Shown piece after piece: positions 9,288 through 21,158 of a stretch of 64,000 bases of DNA (within the stretch, counting starts at the first letter, position 1; the number at the start of each line of letters is the position of its first letter). The translations under genes were made by a program, and so were the position numbers. This DNA is from Alphaproteobacteria bacterium. Its GTDB lineage: Bacteria; Pseudomonadota; Alphaproteobacteria; Bin95. The notes below the pieces were generated by a model, which was not told the DNA's origin, made no database searches, and saw only the letters and a list, made by a program, of their open reading frames with translations. The DNA lies in NCBI GenBank assembly GCA_040263875.1, contig JBDQJI010000001.1:13705-77704 (forward strand), in the 5' to 3' direction.

Positions 9288-12188
9288 ATGGCCATTTCTT
9301 CAGTTTATTCAGTCTCGGACCTCTTTTTCTCAACCTCCGGCCAGAACCCATTTGGCTCTGGCGCGGGCGCACAGAGCGCAGTCGCGCCGCTAACCGTTGC
9401 GTGGAATAACTCACAGACGGTTGGGTTGGACGATGGCCTTGCATCCGCAATATCCACCGGTGTTTCAGCAACATTCTCCACCAGCGGCCGCGTCGGTGCT
9501 GAGGTTGGCGTGGTGTTTGACCCCGGCCATGTCAGCGCCTCAGCGCGCTTCGAAGCCAATGCAGCCCTGCCCGAACGGTTTACAATCGCTGCCGGAACGC
9601 CGTTTAATATTGCGCCTGATGAGACTGTGAATGCGGCTGAATTTGAAGTTACACCGCGTCTGTTTGATATCTTCTTCGACCTGGTTTTTGAAGCTGCCGG
9701 CAGCGTTAGCGGAGGCGCAAAACTGGTTGGCACAGATGTTGGCTCATTTAGTCAAAGCCTTTTCGACTTCAAAGAAGCCGTCCGCATCTTCTCAATTAAT
9801 GGCACCGACCCGCTTCTACCTGCGCCGAATGTAGACTTTCTGGGCATAACGACTGTGCCCGCACCAGCGGATACGCCAGACCTGAACTTCCTTGCCAAGT
9901 TCAGCGTACCAAACAAAAAGCCGGAACTTGATATCAATGGAATTCCAGTCTTTCCGCTGCCGCCATTACCGGGTGTCTCTGTTGAGGTCGGCAATCTGGC
10001 GCTGGAATTTCCTGAAGGCGGTGCAAGAGGGACCCTGAACAACGGCACCGTAGAAGCAAGCGTCACCAACAAGATCGCCGACCTAGATTTTGATTTGGAT
10101 GGGCTATTCACACTCTTTAAGAATATCCCACTGGATTTCTCGGTCACGCTAATCCCCGCTATTCTCGGACTGGCCGGAACAATCATTGACGTCGACGCTG
10201 GCCCCACGGTCAATCTGGAAGAGAATTACAGCTTTGATCCCCGGCTCGCGGTTGATCTGGCATTTTCTGCTCCCGTCATCATCAATAGCCAGACCGTCAC
10301 AGAATTCAGTGGTTTTTGGAATGTCCTTCCGAATATTGAACTGATCGAAGAAGTGACCACGATTACGCCAACCTTCCGACAAGGCGGTTCTTTCGGCAAC
10401 GATACTGATCTCACCTTTGGCCTAGACCTTTCAGTTAAGGCGCTCTCTGCATCTTTAGGCGTCAACTTGAGCCCTATATTCAACACCACCCTTGGCGTTG
10501 GTCCTGTATTTCAAACAGATATCGGCAAAACCGATTTTTTCTCGACCAATCTTTTAAACACAGGCGGCGTTCTCGACGGCTTCGGAACCCTCACCGCCCC
10601 CAGCATCACATTGGTCACCCCTGGCAGCCTGATCAACCCAGGCATTGACGATGGCATCAACGGTGCGCCGGAAGCCTTTGGCGACCAAGCGACGACAGAT
10701 GAAGATACTGCAATTGTTTTCACGGACCGGGACCTCTTCAGCAACGACTTCGATATAGATGCCTTTGACGTGCTTGATGTAACGGCCTTAGACCAGACCG
10801 ATACAATCGGCTTGGTCACGCTTGGCGATGGCACGGTCACGTATGATCCGCGCGGGCAGTTCGACTTCTTAAAAGCAGGCGAGACAGCTCTCCAATCATT
10901 TGATTATATTCTGGAGGAAGCCGGCGGATTGCAGTCTCGCGCGACTGTGTCCATTACAATCCATGGCGTCAATGATATCCCAGAAGATGCACTGAGCGCC
11001 GGCGATATGGAACGCGCTGCAACGACTATTATCACCAGCCAACAACTTAATATCGTTGATAAAGACGATGCTTCAAGCAACATCCTTATCACGGTTACAA
11101 GTGATGCCCGACATGGCGAGCTGACGCTGGATGGCAGCAATATTGGCGCGGGCACCACCTTCACGATGCAAGAAGTGTTGGACGGTAAGCTAGCCTACAC
11201 ACACGATAATTCCCTACCTGGAAACGATGGTTTTGATTTCACGGCTGAGAATCCAGGCGAAGCTGGAACGCTGATAACAGGCCGGTTTGATATGCGGATT
11301 GTCACGCCGCCGGGCGGATTGAACCTTGTCGGAGACAACGGCGCGAACACTCTCAGTGGTAGCGATGTTGCAGACAGGTTCATCGGCGCTGGCGGCGATG
11401 ACCAACTTGTTGGCAATGGTGGGGCAGACGCCTTTAATGCTGGCCTAGGCAATGATCGCGTCTCGGGAGGCGCAGGGGATGACTTCATCATCGCCTCATT
11501 TGGCAATGATGAAGTAACCGGTGATGCTGGCGACGACAGGATCATAGGCGGTCCCGGCGACGACCGTCTGTTCGGCAATGACGGCGATGATGCAATCAAT
11601 GCTGGCCCTGGTCAGAACCAGGCGTTTGGTGGGGCTGGCGACGATGAAATTCGGGGCGGAAACCAAATCGATCTGATCTTCGGAGAATCCGGCGATGACG
11701 TCGTAGAAGCGCTTGGTGGCAATGACCAAATATTTGGCGGTGATGGCGATGATCGACTGAATGGTGGCTCTGGTAATGACCGAATTTTCGGAGAGGCCGG
11801 ATCAGACTTTCTGATCGGCGGAAGCGGCGGAGATATCATATTTGGCGGCGGCGGCAATGATATTATTGTCGGCGGCGCTGGGAGCGACCAAATAAATGGC
11901 GATGCTGGTGACGATCGCCTGCTGGGTTTAACCGGCAATGATGTAATGACGGGCGGCAGTGGGCGGGATGTATTTGTTTTTTCCGCAGGCAGCGGCGAGG
12001 ATCAAATCGTTGATTTTCGCCAGGGCGAAGACCTAATCCGCATTAATGGTGCGGCGTTTACCTTTGCAGATATCGTCTTCAATACCCCAGGAGGCAGCCT
12101 AGAGATTGTTCTGCCAACCACAGATACGATTACCCTGCAAAATCTAGCCGGGGTTACTTTAACCACGGCCGATTTTCTACTGGCCTAA
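9288..12188 (+). CDS. Large secreted RTX-family protein with a C-terminal block of hemolysin-type Ca2+-binding nonapeptide repeats. Probable type I secretion substrate/adhesin. Also has an internal cadherin/VCBS-like domain.
   Basis: 966 aa with no N-terminal signal peptide. At least 20 tandem GGxGxDxxx repeats (GAGGDDQLVGNGGADAFNAGLGNDRVSGGAGDD...) followed by a ~70 aa non-repetitive C-terminus. The gene is ~50% GC against ~60% in the flanks. Confidence 0.85.
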   Translation: MAISSVYSVSDLFFSTSGQNPFGSGAGAQSAVAPLTVAWNNSQTVGLDDGLASAISTGVSATFSTSGRVGAEVGVVFDPGHVSASARFEANAALPERFTIAAGTPFNIAPDETVNAAEFEVTPRLFDIFFDLVFEAAGSVSGGAKLVGTDVGSFSQSLFDFKEAVRIFSINGTDPLLPAPNVDFLGITTVPAPADTPDLNFLAKFSVPNKKPELDINGIPVFPLPPLPGVSVEVGNLALEFPEGGARGTLNNGTVEASVTNKIADLDFDLDGLFTLFKNIPLDFSVTLIPAILGLAGTIIDVDAGPTVNLEENYSFDPRLAVDLAFSAPVIINSQTVTEFSGFWNVLPNIELIEEVTTITPTFRQGGSFGNDTDLTFGLDLSVKALSASLGVNLSPIFNTTLGVGPVFQTDIGKTDFFSTNLLNTGGVLDGFGTLTAPSITLVTPGSLINPGIDDGINGAPEAFGDQATTDEDTAIVFTDRDLFSNDFDIDAFDVLDVTALDQTDTIGLVTLGDGTVTYDPRGQFDFLKAGETALQSFDYILEEAGGLQSRATVSITIHGVNDIPEDALSAGDMERAATTIITSQQLNIVDKDDASSNILITVTSDARHGELTLDGSNIGAGTTFTMQEVLDGKLAYTHDNSLPGNDGFDFTAENPGEAGTLITGRFDMRIVTPPGGLNLVGDNGANTLSGSDVADRFIGAGGDDQLVGNGGADAFNAGLGNDRVSGGAGDDFIIASFGNDEVTGDAGDDRIIGGPGDDRLFGNDGDDAINAGPGQNQAFGGAGDDEIRGGNQIDLIFGESGDDVVEALGGNDQIFGGDGDDRLNGGSGNDRIFGEAGSDFLIGGSGGDIIFGGGGNDIIVGGAGSDQINGDAGDDRLLGLTGNDVMTGGSGRDVFVFSAGSGEDQIVDFRQGEDLIRINGAAFTFADIVFNTPGGSLEIVLPTTDTITLQNLAGVTLTTADFLLA

Positions 12189-12234
12189 CACTAGGTGTAT
12201 CAAGCTTCAAGCAAGGTAATTGCTTTCGCTGACG

Positions 12235-13638
12235 TTACATATGCAGTGCACGACCATCCACAGCGAGGGCGGCTTCTTTGACTGCCTCGTTGAGTGTTGG
12301 GTGGGCATGGCAGGTACGGGCGATATCTTCTGATGATGCGCCAAACTCCATGCCGAGTGCGATCTCAGCGATCAAGGTGCCAGCATCTGGCCCGATGATA
12401 TGCGCGCCCAGAACTTGGTCCGTTTCCGCATCCGCTAAAATCTTCACAAAGCCATCGCCGCCACCGCTTGCACGGGCGCGGCTGTTAGCTTGGAACGGGA
12501 ACTTGCCGACTTTGTATGCGATCCCCTGCTCTTTCAGCTGCTCTTCCGTGCGGCCGACAGAGGCGACCTCTGGCCATGTATAAACGACACTTGGAATGCA
12601 ATCGTAATCGATGTGACCAACCTGGCCTGCCATGATCTCGACGGCGATAGACCCTTCATCCTCAGCCTTGTGTGCCAGCATGGGGCCGTCCACAACATCA
12701 CCAATGGCCCATATACCCGCAACATTCGTGCGGTAATGGCTATCAATCTTGACCTTGCCGCGATCCATCTCGACGCCAGCCTCTTCCAGTCCAAGGCCTT
12801 CGGTAAAGGGCCGGCGACCAATGGCGACGAGTGCAACATCTGCTTTGATGTCCTCTGCGTCACCACCCTTGGCAGGCTCAACTGTGAGCGTAACGCCGCC
12901 GCGTGTTGTCTTCGCGGCCGTAACTTTGGTTGAGAGGCGGAACGTGAATCCAGCCTTCTTCAGCGAGCGCTGCATGTGCTTGCCAAGCTCAAGGTCCATG
13001 GTCGGCAGAATGCGATCAAGGAATTCAACAACCTCAACCTCAGCGCCCAGCCTGCGCCACACGACGCCAAGCTCTAGCCCGATCACACCGCCGCCGATGA
13101 TGACCATCTTCTTCGGCACTTTCGGCAGGTCCAGCGCGCCAGTGGAGGAGACGATCTTCTTCTCGTCGATCTCAATACCTGGCAGCGGCGTCGTTTCAGA
13201 CCCCGTCGCGATCAGGATATTCTTCGTTTTGAGCGTGGTTTCTTCGCCATCATCAGCCGTGGCGATGACAGTGCCTGCGCCCTTGATAGAACCGCGCCCA
13301 ATCACATAATCGACTTTGTTCTTCTTGAACAAAAACTCGATACCCGAGGTAAGGCCACTAACGACCTCATCCTTCGATTTCAGCATCTGTTTTAGATCAA
13401 GCTCAAGGCCGGAGACCTTTACGCCAAGGTTAGCGAAGGCGTGGCCAGCTTCTTCATAGGCATGGCTGGCGTGAAGCAGATGCTTGGAGGGTATGCACCC
13501 AACGTTCAAGCACGTGCCGCCCAGGCTGCCGCGCATCTCTACGCAGGCCGTCTTCATGCCAAGCTGTGCAGCCCGAATAGCGGCGACATAGCCGCCAGGG
13601 CCGCCGCCAATGACGACAAGATCATACGCGTCGCTCAT
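12235..13638 (-). CDS. lpdA: Dihydrolipoyl dehydrogenase (E3 component).
   Basis: 467 aa; FAD motif [15 protein letters not shown], redox-active disulfide [12 protein letters not shown]. Confidence 0.95.
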   Translation of the reverse strand: MSDAYDLVVIGGGPGGYVAAIRAAQLGMKTACVEMRGSLGGTCLNVGCIPSKHLLHASHAYEEAGHAFANLGVKVSGLELDLKQMLKSKDEVVSGLTSGIEFLFKKNKVDYVIGRGSIKGAGTVIATADDGEETTLKTKNILIATGSETTPLPGIEIDEKKIVSSTGALDLPKVPKKMVIIGGGVIGLELGVVWRRLGAEVEVVEFLDRILPTMDLELGKHMQRSLKKAGFTFRLSTKVTAAKTTRGGVTLTVEPAKGGDAEDIKADVALVAIGRRPFTEGLGLEEAGVEMDRGKVKIDSHYRTNVAGIWAIGDVVDGPMLAHKAEDEGSIAVEIMAGQVGHIDYDCIPSVVYTWPEVASVGRTEEQLKEQGIAYKVGKFPFQANSRARASGGGDGFVKILADAETDQVLGAHIIGPDAGTLIAEIALGMEFGASSEDIARTCHAHPTLNEAVKEAALAVDGRALHM

Positions 13639-13650
13639 GGGGTCAATCCC

Positions 13651-14943
13651 TTACATGTCCAGGAGAAGCCGGCGCGGATCTTCAAGGCTTTCCTTCATCC
13701 GCACCAAGCATGTGACGGCCTCAGAGCCATCAACAATACGGTGATCATAGGAGAGTGCCAGATACATCATCGGGCGTGCTTCAATCGAACCATCAGGCAT
13801 CACCATAGGGCGCATCTGCGTTTTGTGCATGCCGAGGATGCCGGATTGTGGTGGGTTCAGAATTGGTGTCGACATAAGCGAGCCATAGACGCCGCCGTTC
13901 GAGATCGTAAATGTGCCGCCGGACATATCGGCCATGCTGAGCTTGCCGTCCCGTGCCTTCTTAGCGAAGCCACCAATAGATTTTTCAATCCCGGCAAGGC
14001 TCAATGTTTCGGCATTGCGGATGATGGGCACAACAAGGCCGTTCTCCGTGCCGACAGCAACGCCTACATCATAGTAGTTCTTGTAGACGACCTCATCGCC
14101 ATCAATCTGCGCGTTGACGGCTGGAACATCCCGCAGACCTTGAATAGCGGCCTTCACGAAGAATGACATGAAGCCGAGACGCACGTCATGGCGCTTCTCG
14201 AAGTCGTCCTTGTATTCCTTGCGGGCTGCAAGAATCGCCGTCATATCCACCTCATTGAAGGTAGTTAGCATGGCTGCGGTATTCTGCGCTTCCTTCAGCC
14301 GTTCAGCGATGCGGCGGCGCAGGCGAGACATTTTCACCCGTTCTTCGGAACGATCGGCCTCCGGCTCTGCAAGGGCAAACACATCTTTGCCACCGCTCGC
14401 GAGATAATCCAGCACGTCAGCCTTGGTGATGCGGCCGCCGCGGCCTGTGGCAGGAATATCTTTGGGGTCGATCCCGTTTTCTGCCACAAGCTTCTTTACG
14501 GATGGCGGCATCGGCGGCGCACCCTCAGCTAGGGCAGCGGGCGACATCGACACTGGCTGCTTTGGCGGTGCAGACGCGGGCCTCGCATCAGTCTTCGGCG
14601 CAATTTTCTCTGGCCCGGCAGTTTGTTCCTTTTCCGCTGCGCTTTTGGGTGCCGCATCGGCGTTCGTCTTCTTTTCAGCTGGTTCTTTTTTGGCGGCAGG
14701 CGTCCCGCTTTCATCAATGCTGGCCAGCAGGGCGCCAACTTCGACATTGTCGCCCTCAGCCACTTTGAGATCGCCCAATACACCACTTGCAGGTGCTGGG
14801 ACCTCTACCGTGACTTTATCCGTTTCAAGCTCAACGATTGGCTCATCTGCCTTAACGGCATCGCCAGATTGCTTGATCCAACGGGCGATAGTCGCCTCGG
14901 TTACGGATTCGCCCAGTACGGGAACAACAATTTCGACAGCCAT
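13651..14943 (-). CDS. sucB: Dihydrolipoamide succinyltransferase, E2 of 2-oxoglutarate dehydrogenase.
   Basis: Lipoyl domain ([12 protein letters not shown]), Ala/Pro-rich linkers, catalytic domain with DHRIVDG. Confidence 0.95.
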   Translation of the reverse strand: MAVEIVVPVLGESVTEATIARWIKQSGDAVKADEPIVELETDKVTVEVPAPASGVLGDLKVAEGDNVEVGALLASIDESGTPAAKKEPAEKKTNADAAPKSAAEKEQTAGPEKIAPKTDARPASAPPKQPVSMSPAALAEGAPPMPPSVKKLVAENGIDPKDIPATGRGGRITKADVLDYLASGGKDVFALAEPEADRSEERVKMSRLRRRIAERLKEAQNTAAMLTTFNEVDMTAILAARKEYKDDFEKRHDVRLGFMSFFVKAAIQGLRDVPAVNAQIDGDEVVYKNYYDVGVAVGTENGLVVPIIRNAETLSLAGIEKSIGGFAKKARDGKLSMADMSGGTFTISNGGVYGSLMSTPILNPPQSGILGMHKTQMRPMVMPDGSIEARPMMYLALSYDHRIVDGSEAVTCLVRMKESLEDPRRLLLDM

Positions 14944-14990
14944 AATTTATTCCTACCTGCGGGCACGCACGCCCAGAGTTCTTTTCAATC

Positions 14991-17891
14991 CTAAAGCGTT
15001 AGCGCATCATCGACCAGTTGCGCCTGCTCTGCGATATGCCGTTTCATTATGCCCGTAGCAGTGGAGGCCGCTTCCGGTCGGCCAATATAGCGCGGGCGGG
15101 ATGCCTTCAGCTTTGGCACTTCCGCCATAGCCGCTTCCAATCGCCGATCAATAAAGCGCCAGGCACCCATGTTCTCTGGTTCTTCCTGGCACCAAACCAC
15201 TTCAGCGTTCGGATACTTCTTTAGCTCCGCGCCGATAGACTTAATCGGGAACGGATACAATTGCTCAACCCGAAGCACGGCGACATCCTTGATCTCACGC
15301 TCATCACGGGCGGCTGCAAGGTCGTAGTAGACCTTACCGGCGCACAGAACGACACGTTTGACCTTGGAATTCGCGGCCAGCTTGCCTTCATCATGGATCA
15401 CACGATGGAAGGATGAGCCGGGACCGAATTCCTTAATATCTGAAACACATGCCTTATGCCGCAACAGTGACTTCGGTGTCATCACGATCAAGGGCTTACG
15501 GAAATTGCGGCAAACCTGTCGGCGCAACATGTGGAAGTAGTTGGCCGGCGTTGTCGGCACACAGACCTGCATATTGTCCTCGGCACACATCTGTAGGTAC
15601 CGCTCTAGCCGCGCGGAGGAATGCTCTGGCCCCTGCCCTTCATAACCGTGTGGCAGCAACATCGTAATGCCGGACATGCGCAACCATTTCAGCTCACCGG
15701 ATGTAATGAACTGATCAATGATGACCTGGGCACCGTTGGCAAAATCACCAAACTGCGCTTCCCACATGACCAGCGCTTTAGGTTCAGCGGTTGTGTAGCC
15801 ATATTCAAAGCCAAGCACTGACATCTCTGCCAGAGGACTATCTAGAATATCGACCTTCGCTTGATCTTCACGGATATGTTGGAGGGGCGTAAATTTCTCG
15901 CCCGTGTCCTGGTCCGTTAGCGTCGCATGGCGCTGGGAGAATGTGCCGCGACCGCAGTCTTGGCCTGAGAGCCGCACAGGCGTGCCCTCAATCGCGCAGC
16001 CGCCAAAGGCCAAGGCTTCCGCCGTCGCCCAGTCAAGTCCGGCCTTGCCCTGGATTGCATCCCACTTTGCTTCAAATTGGCGGGCAATCTTGCGGTTCAG
16101 GTTAAAGCCTTCGTCCACCGTCGTGATGCGCTTACCAATCTCCAGAAGCTCTTTCATTGTGAGCGCAGTATCGCCTCGGCGGTCATCGCCCTTGGCGATA
16201 TCCATGCCGGTCCAGGCACCTTCCAGCCAATCAGCCTTGTTTGGCTTGTAGCTTTGGGCGGCTTTGAAATCTTCTTCCAGATGCGCTTTGAAATCATCGA
16301 CCAGCGCATCGGCTTGCGCTTCAGTGAGCGTACCTTCCGCCACCAAACGGTCGGCATAGACCTTCCGGGTGGTGGGATGTTCAGCAATGGCTGCATACAT
16401 TTGCGGTTGGGTAAACGCGGGCTCATCGCCTTCGTTATGACCCTGGCGGCGGTAGCAATACATATCGATGACGATGTCTTGCTTGAAGTGATAGCGGAAT
16501 TCCGTCGCCAGTCGCGCCACATGCACCACGGCTTCAGGGTCATCGCCATTCACGTGGAACACCGGTGCCTGAATAATTTTCGCCATTTCAGAGCAATACG
16601 GGCCTGAACGCGCATCAGTCGGCGAGGTCGTGAAGCCAATCTGGTTGTTGATCACGACATGGATTGTGCCGCCCGTCTGGTAGCCTTTCAGCTCTGACAG
16701 CTCAAACGTTTCAGCAACAAGGCCCTGGCCAATGAACGCCGCATCGCCATGGAGCAGGATGCCCATAACGCGGTTGCGTTCTTTATCCTTACGTTGACGC
16801 TGTTTCGCACGGACCCGCCCGATCACGACCGGATTTACGACTTCCAAATGCGATGGGTTCGGCGTTAGCGAGAGATGGACGGTCTTGCCGTCAAACTCGC
16901 GGTCAGAGGAGGTGCCGAGATGGTATTTCACATCGCCGGAACCCTGAACATCTTCAGGGTTCGCAGGTGTGCCCTGGAATTCAGAGAAGATGTTCCGGAA
17001 CGGCTTATCGAACACGTTTGCAAGCAGGTTCAAGCGACCGCGATGCGCCATGCCCATAACGAGTTCTTCAAGGCCTAGCTGGCTGCCACGCTTGATAATC
17101 TGCTCAAGCAACGGAACCAATGCCTCACCGCCCTCCAAGCCAAACCGCTTGGCACCAACGAAGCGCCGGTCAAGAAACTGCTCAAACGTTTCAGAGGCCG
17201 TTATGCGTTCAAGAATCGCGAGCTTGCCGCGGTCCGTGAAGTCTGTGTGATTGCGTGGTTCTTCAATGCGGCGCTGTATCCAGGACTTTTGGTCCGGGTC
17301 CTGGATATGCATGAACTCGACGCCGATTTTATCGCAATAGGTCGCCTGTACGGCGTCCATGATCGTGCGAAGCGTTGCCGTTCCCATGCCCAATACATTG
17401 TCGATGAAAATCTCGCGATCGAGATCGCTTTCATCAAAACCGTATGTCTTATAGTCGAGCTCAGGGTGGTACTCGATCTCGTGCAAGCCGAGCGGGTCCA
17501 GCTCTGCATAGAGATGCCCGCGAATTCTGTAAGCGCGGATCAGCATCAACGCACGAATGGAATCCAGAGTGGCGGCACGGACGGACGCGCCATCAATGCC
17601 GGCGCCTGCAGCACCGTTTGTTTTGGCTGCACCATTGCCATTCGCTTTGCCGTTTGCTCTGGCCTGCTTCGCCTCAATGCCCCAGCCAGGGCCATCGACT
17701 TCTTCCAGGATCGCATCGGCATCGCCGCGCAGATCAGCGAACAGCGTCGCCCAGCTGTCGTCCACACTACTGGGATCAGCCAAATATTGATCGTACAAGT
17801 CAGCGATATAGGCCCCGTTAGGCCCATACAGGTAACTGGTGCGATCAGCCGTTAGCCGATCGATGGTCATGCCGCTTACGTCGCTTGCCAT
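14991..17891 (-). CDS. sucA: 2-oxoglutarate dehydrogenase E1 component.
   Basis: 966 aa; the characteristic SucA N-terminus (SYLYGPNGAYIADLYDQYLADPSSVD) and a TPP domain. Confidence 0.95.
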   Translation of the reverse strand: MASDVSGMTIDRLTADRTSYLYGPNGAYIADLYDQYLADPSSVDDSWATLFADLRGDADAILEEVDGPGWGIEAKQARANGKANGNGAAKTNGAAGAGIDGASVRAATLDSIRALMLIRAYRIRGHLYAELDPLGLHEIEYHPELDYKTYGFDESDLDREIFIDNVLGMGTATLRTIMDAVQATYCDKIGVEFMHIQDPDQKSWIQRRIEEPRNHTDFTDRGKLAILERITASETFEQFLDRRFVGAKRFGLEGGEALVPLLEQIIKRGSQLGLEELVMGMAHRGRLNLLANVFDKPFRNIFSEFQGTPANPEDVQGSGDVKYHLGTSSDREFDGKTVHLSLTPNPSHLEVVNPVVIGRVRAKQRQRKDKERNRVMGILLHGDAAFIGQGLVAETFELSELKGYQTGGTIHVVINNQIGFTTSPTDARSGPYCSEMAKIIQAPVFHVNGDDPEAVVHVARLATEFRYHFKQDIVIDMYCYRRQGHNEGDEPAFTQPQMYAAIAEHPTTRKVYADRLVAEGTLTEAQADALVDDFKAHLEEDFKAAQSYKPNKADWLEGAWTGMDIAKGDDRRGDTALTMKELLEIGKRITTVDEGFNLNRKIARQFEAKWDAIQGKAGLDWATAEALAFGGCAIEGTPVRLSGQDCGRGTFSQRHATLTDQDTGEKFTPLQHIREDQAKVDILDSPLAEMSVLGFEYGYTTAEPKALVMWEAQFGDFANGAQVIIDQFITSGELKWLRMSGITMLLPHGYEGQGPEHSSARLERYLQMCAEDNMQVCVPTTPANYFHMLRRQVCRNFRKPLIVMTPKSLLRHKACVSDIKEFGPGSSFHRVIHDEGKLAANSKVKRVVLCAGKVYYDLAAARDEREIKDVAVLRVEQLYPFPIKSIGAELKKYPNAEVVWCQEEPENMGAWRFIDRRLEAAMAEVPKLKASRPRYIGRPEAASTATGIMKRHIAEQAQLVDDALTL

Positions 17892-17983
17892 CTAATTTTT
17901 TGGGCGCAGCCGAATGAGGCCTTATGCGCCCCCTCTTACCGTTGTGCCTGAAGTGTGTGGCATGGAGCCTTCAACCAATATGG

Positions 17984-18859
17984 TTAACGACCCATTGCTT
18001 TCAAAATAGTTTTGCCAAGACCCGCTGGGCTTTCGCTCACGGAGATGCCGGACTGGCGGAAAGCCTCGAACTTTGCTTCCGCAGTCCCCTTACCGCCAGC
18101 GATGATGGCGCCTGCATGGCCCATGCGCTTGCCGGGTGGTGCTGTAGCACCTGCGATAAAGCCAACCATTGGTTTGGAAGATTTGGACTGGCGATAGAAC
18201 TCCGCCGCTTCCTCTTCCGCCGACCCACCGATTTCACCAATCATGATGATGCCTTGGGTTTCATCATCGGCTAGGAAAAGCTCCAGGCAATCAATGAAGT
18301 TGGTCCCGTTGACCGGATCACCGCCAATACCAATGCAAGTCGTTTGGCCAAGACCGGCTGCGGTTGTCTGCGCCACAGCTTCATAAGTCAGCGTGCCAGA
18401 GCGGGACACAACGCCAATGATACCACGCTTGTGAATGTGACCGGGCATAATGCCGATTTTGCATTCATCCGGCGTGATAACGCCCGGGCAATTTGGCCCG
18501 ATCAGGCGGCTCTTGGAACCTTCAAGCGCCCGCTTCACCTTGACCATATCCACAACTGGAATGCCTTCGGTGATGCAGATCACCAGCGGCACTTCGGCAT
18601 CAATCGCTTCCAGGATTGCGTCTGCCGCGAAGGGCGGTGGCACGTAGATCACGCTGGCGTCGACACCTGCCGTGTCCTGCGCTTCCTGAACGGTGTTGAA
18701 CACTGGCAGGCCCAAATGCGTTTGGCCACCTTTGCCGGGAGCAACGCCGCCGACCATGTTCGTGCCGTATTCAATGGCGGTGCCGGAATGGAACGTGCCC
18801 TGGCTGCCGGTGAAGCCCTGGCAGATCACCCGGGTCGCTTTGTTGACTAGGACCGCCAT
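17984..18859 (-). CDS. sucD: Succinyl-CoA ligase alpha subunit.
   Basis: 291 aa; CoA-binding domain and the phosphohistidine loop region. Confidence 0.95.
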   Translation of the reverse strand: MAVLVNKATRVICQGFTGSQGTFHSGTAIEYGTNMVGGVAPGKGGQTHLGLPVFNTVQEAQDTAGVDASVIYVPPPFAADAILEAIDAEVPLVICITEGIPVVDMVKVKRALEGSKSRLIGPNCPGVITPDECKIGIMPGHIHKRGIIGVVSRSGTLTYEAVAQTTAAGLGQTTCIGIGGDPVNGTNFIDCLELFLADDETQGIIMIGEIGGSAEEEAAEFYRQSKSSKPMVGFIAGATAPPGKRMGHAGAIIAGGKGTAEAKFEAFRQSGISVSESPAGLGKTILKAMGR

Positions 18860-20028
18860 TAGGCTGCCTCCCGCATCGCTTTGACGACTTTCTCAGCCGC
18901 ATCGCCAAGATTATCGGCGGACACAATATCGATGCCCGAATTCGCCATGATTTCCTTGCCCTTCTCGACATTAGTGCCTTCCAGGCGAACGACGAGGGGA
19001 ACGCTCAAGCCAACTTCTTTAGCCGCTGCAACAACGCCTTCTGCGATAATATCGCAGCGCATGATGCCGCCGAAGATGTTGACCAGAATGGCTTTTACAG
19101 ACGGATCAGACAGGATGATCTTGAACGCCTTGATGACGCGGTCTTTGTCCGCCCCGCCGCCGACATCTAGGAAGTTTGCAGGCTCAGCGCCGTTCAACTT
19201 GATGATGTCCATGGTCGCCATGGCGAGGCCAGCGCCATTCACCATGCAGCCGATTTCGCCATCAAGCGCCACGTAGTTCAACTCAGCCTCTTCGGCTTCG
19301 CGCTCCACGGGATTTTCTTCGGTGACGTCGCGCAGCGCTTCAATATCCGGATGCCGGAACAACGCGTTGTCATCAAAGTTCATCTTGGCGTCGAGTGCCA
19401 TGACATCGCCTGCGCCCGTGACCACCAGCGGATTGATTTCGATCATGCTGGCGTCAAGCTCATTGAAAGCTTGATAGAGGCTCTGCAGCAGCTTGACGGC
19501 GGAACCGACCTGCTTGCCTTCCATGCCGAGCGCAAAGGCGATGCGGCGCGCTTGGAACCCAGACATGCCTACCAGGGGGTCCAGAACGACGGTGTGGATT
19601 TTCTCAGGCGTGGCCTCAGCCACTTCCTCAATATCCATGCCACCTTCCGTGGACGCCATGACGGTGACACGGCCAACGCCGCGATCCACCAACATGGAGA
19701 GATACAGTTCACGCGCGATATCACAGCCGTCTTCGACATAAAGCCGACCGACTTCTTTGCCCTCAGGCCCTGTCTGGTGCGTGATCAGCGTCATGCCGAG
19801 CATACGCTCAGCTTCCGCTTTCACATCCGCCACAGACTTAACGACCTTAACGCCGCCGCCTTTGCCGCGACCCCCAGCATGGATCTGCGCCTTTACGACA
19901 TAGACCGGACCGCCAAGGTCTTCCGCGCCTTTAACGGCTTCGTCGACCGTAAAGGCCGGATGGCCTTTAGGTACAGACACGCCGTATTTGGCAAGCAGGC
20001 CTTTAGCCTGATGCTCATGAACGTTCAT
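18859..20028 (-). CDS. sucC: Succinyl-CoA ligase beta subunit (ADP-forming).
   Basis: 389 aa; N-terminus [25 protein letters not shown]-grasp fold. Confidence 0.95.
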   Translation of the reverse strand: MNVHEHQAKGLLAKYGVSVPKGHPAFTVDEAVKGAEDLGGPVYVVKAQIHAGGRGKGGGVKVVKSVADVKAEAERMLGMTLITHQTGPEGKEVGRLYVEDGCDIARELYLSMLVDRGVGRVTVMASTEGGMDIEEVAEATPEKIHTVVLDPLVGMSGFQARRIAFALGMEGKQVGSAVKLLQSLYQAFNELDASMIEINPLVVTGAGDVMALDAKMNFDDNALFRHPDIEALRDVTEENPVEREAEEAELNYVALDGEIGCMVNGAGLAMATMDIIKLNGAEPANFLDVGGGADKDRVIKAFKIILSDPSVKAILVNIFGGIMRCDIIAEGVVAAAKEVGLSVPLVVRLEGTNVEKGKEIMANSGIDIVSADNLGDAAEKVVKAMREAA

Positions 20029-20067
20029 ATCGCCCCCTTATGTGGGTTGATTGAAAAAATGTCAGGC

Positions 20068-21093
<1,026 letters not shown>

Positions 21094-21158
21094 TTACTAC
21101 TCTCATTCCTAACGAGTCGCAAGGAAAACGCCGATTTCCTAGATTATTTTGCGATTAA

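Noticed and set aside
12189-12234. Weak AT-rich hairpin (AAGCAA-ggtaa-TTGCTT) between the convergent RTX and lpdA genes as a bidirectional terminator.
   Set aside because: Only a 6-bp stem and no T-tract on either strand; too weak to call.
13441-14166. Long antisense ORFs inside well-supported genes. Examples: 13441..14166+, 14423..15058+, 19351..20106+, 32129..33016+, 44937..45659-, 48772..49653+, 57228..58274-, 60613..61887-, 16077..16607+.
   Set aside because: Each lies entirely opposite a gene with strong homology (lpdA/sucB, sucC, trmFO, rplI, gyrA, ileS, M16 peptidase, sucA). Their translations are low-complexity, Arg/Ala/Pro-rich, as expected for GC-rich antisense frames, and none has a recognisable domain.
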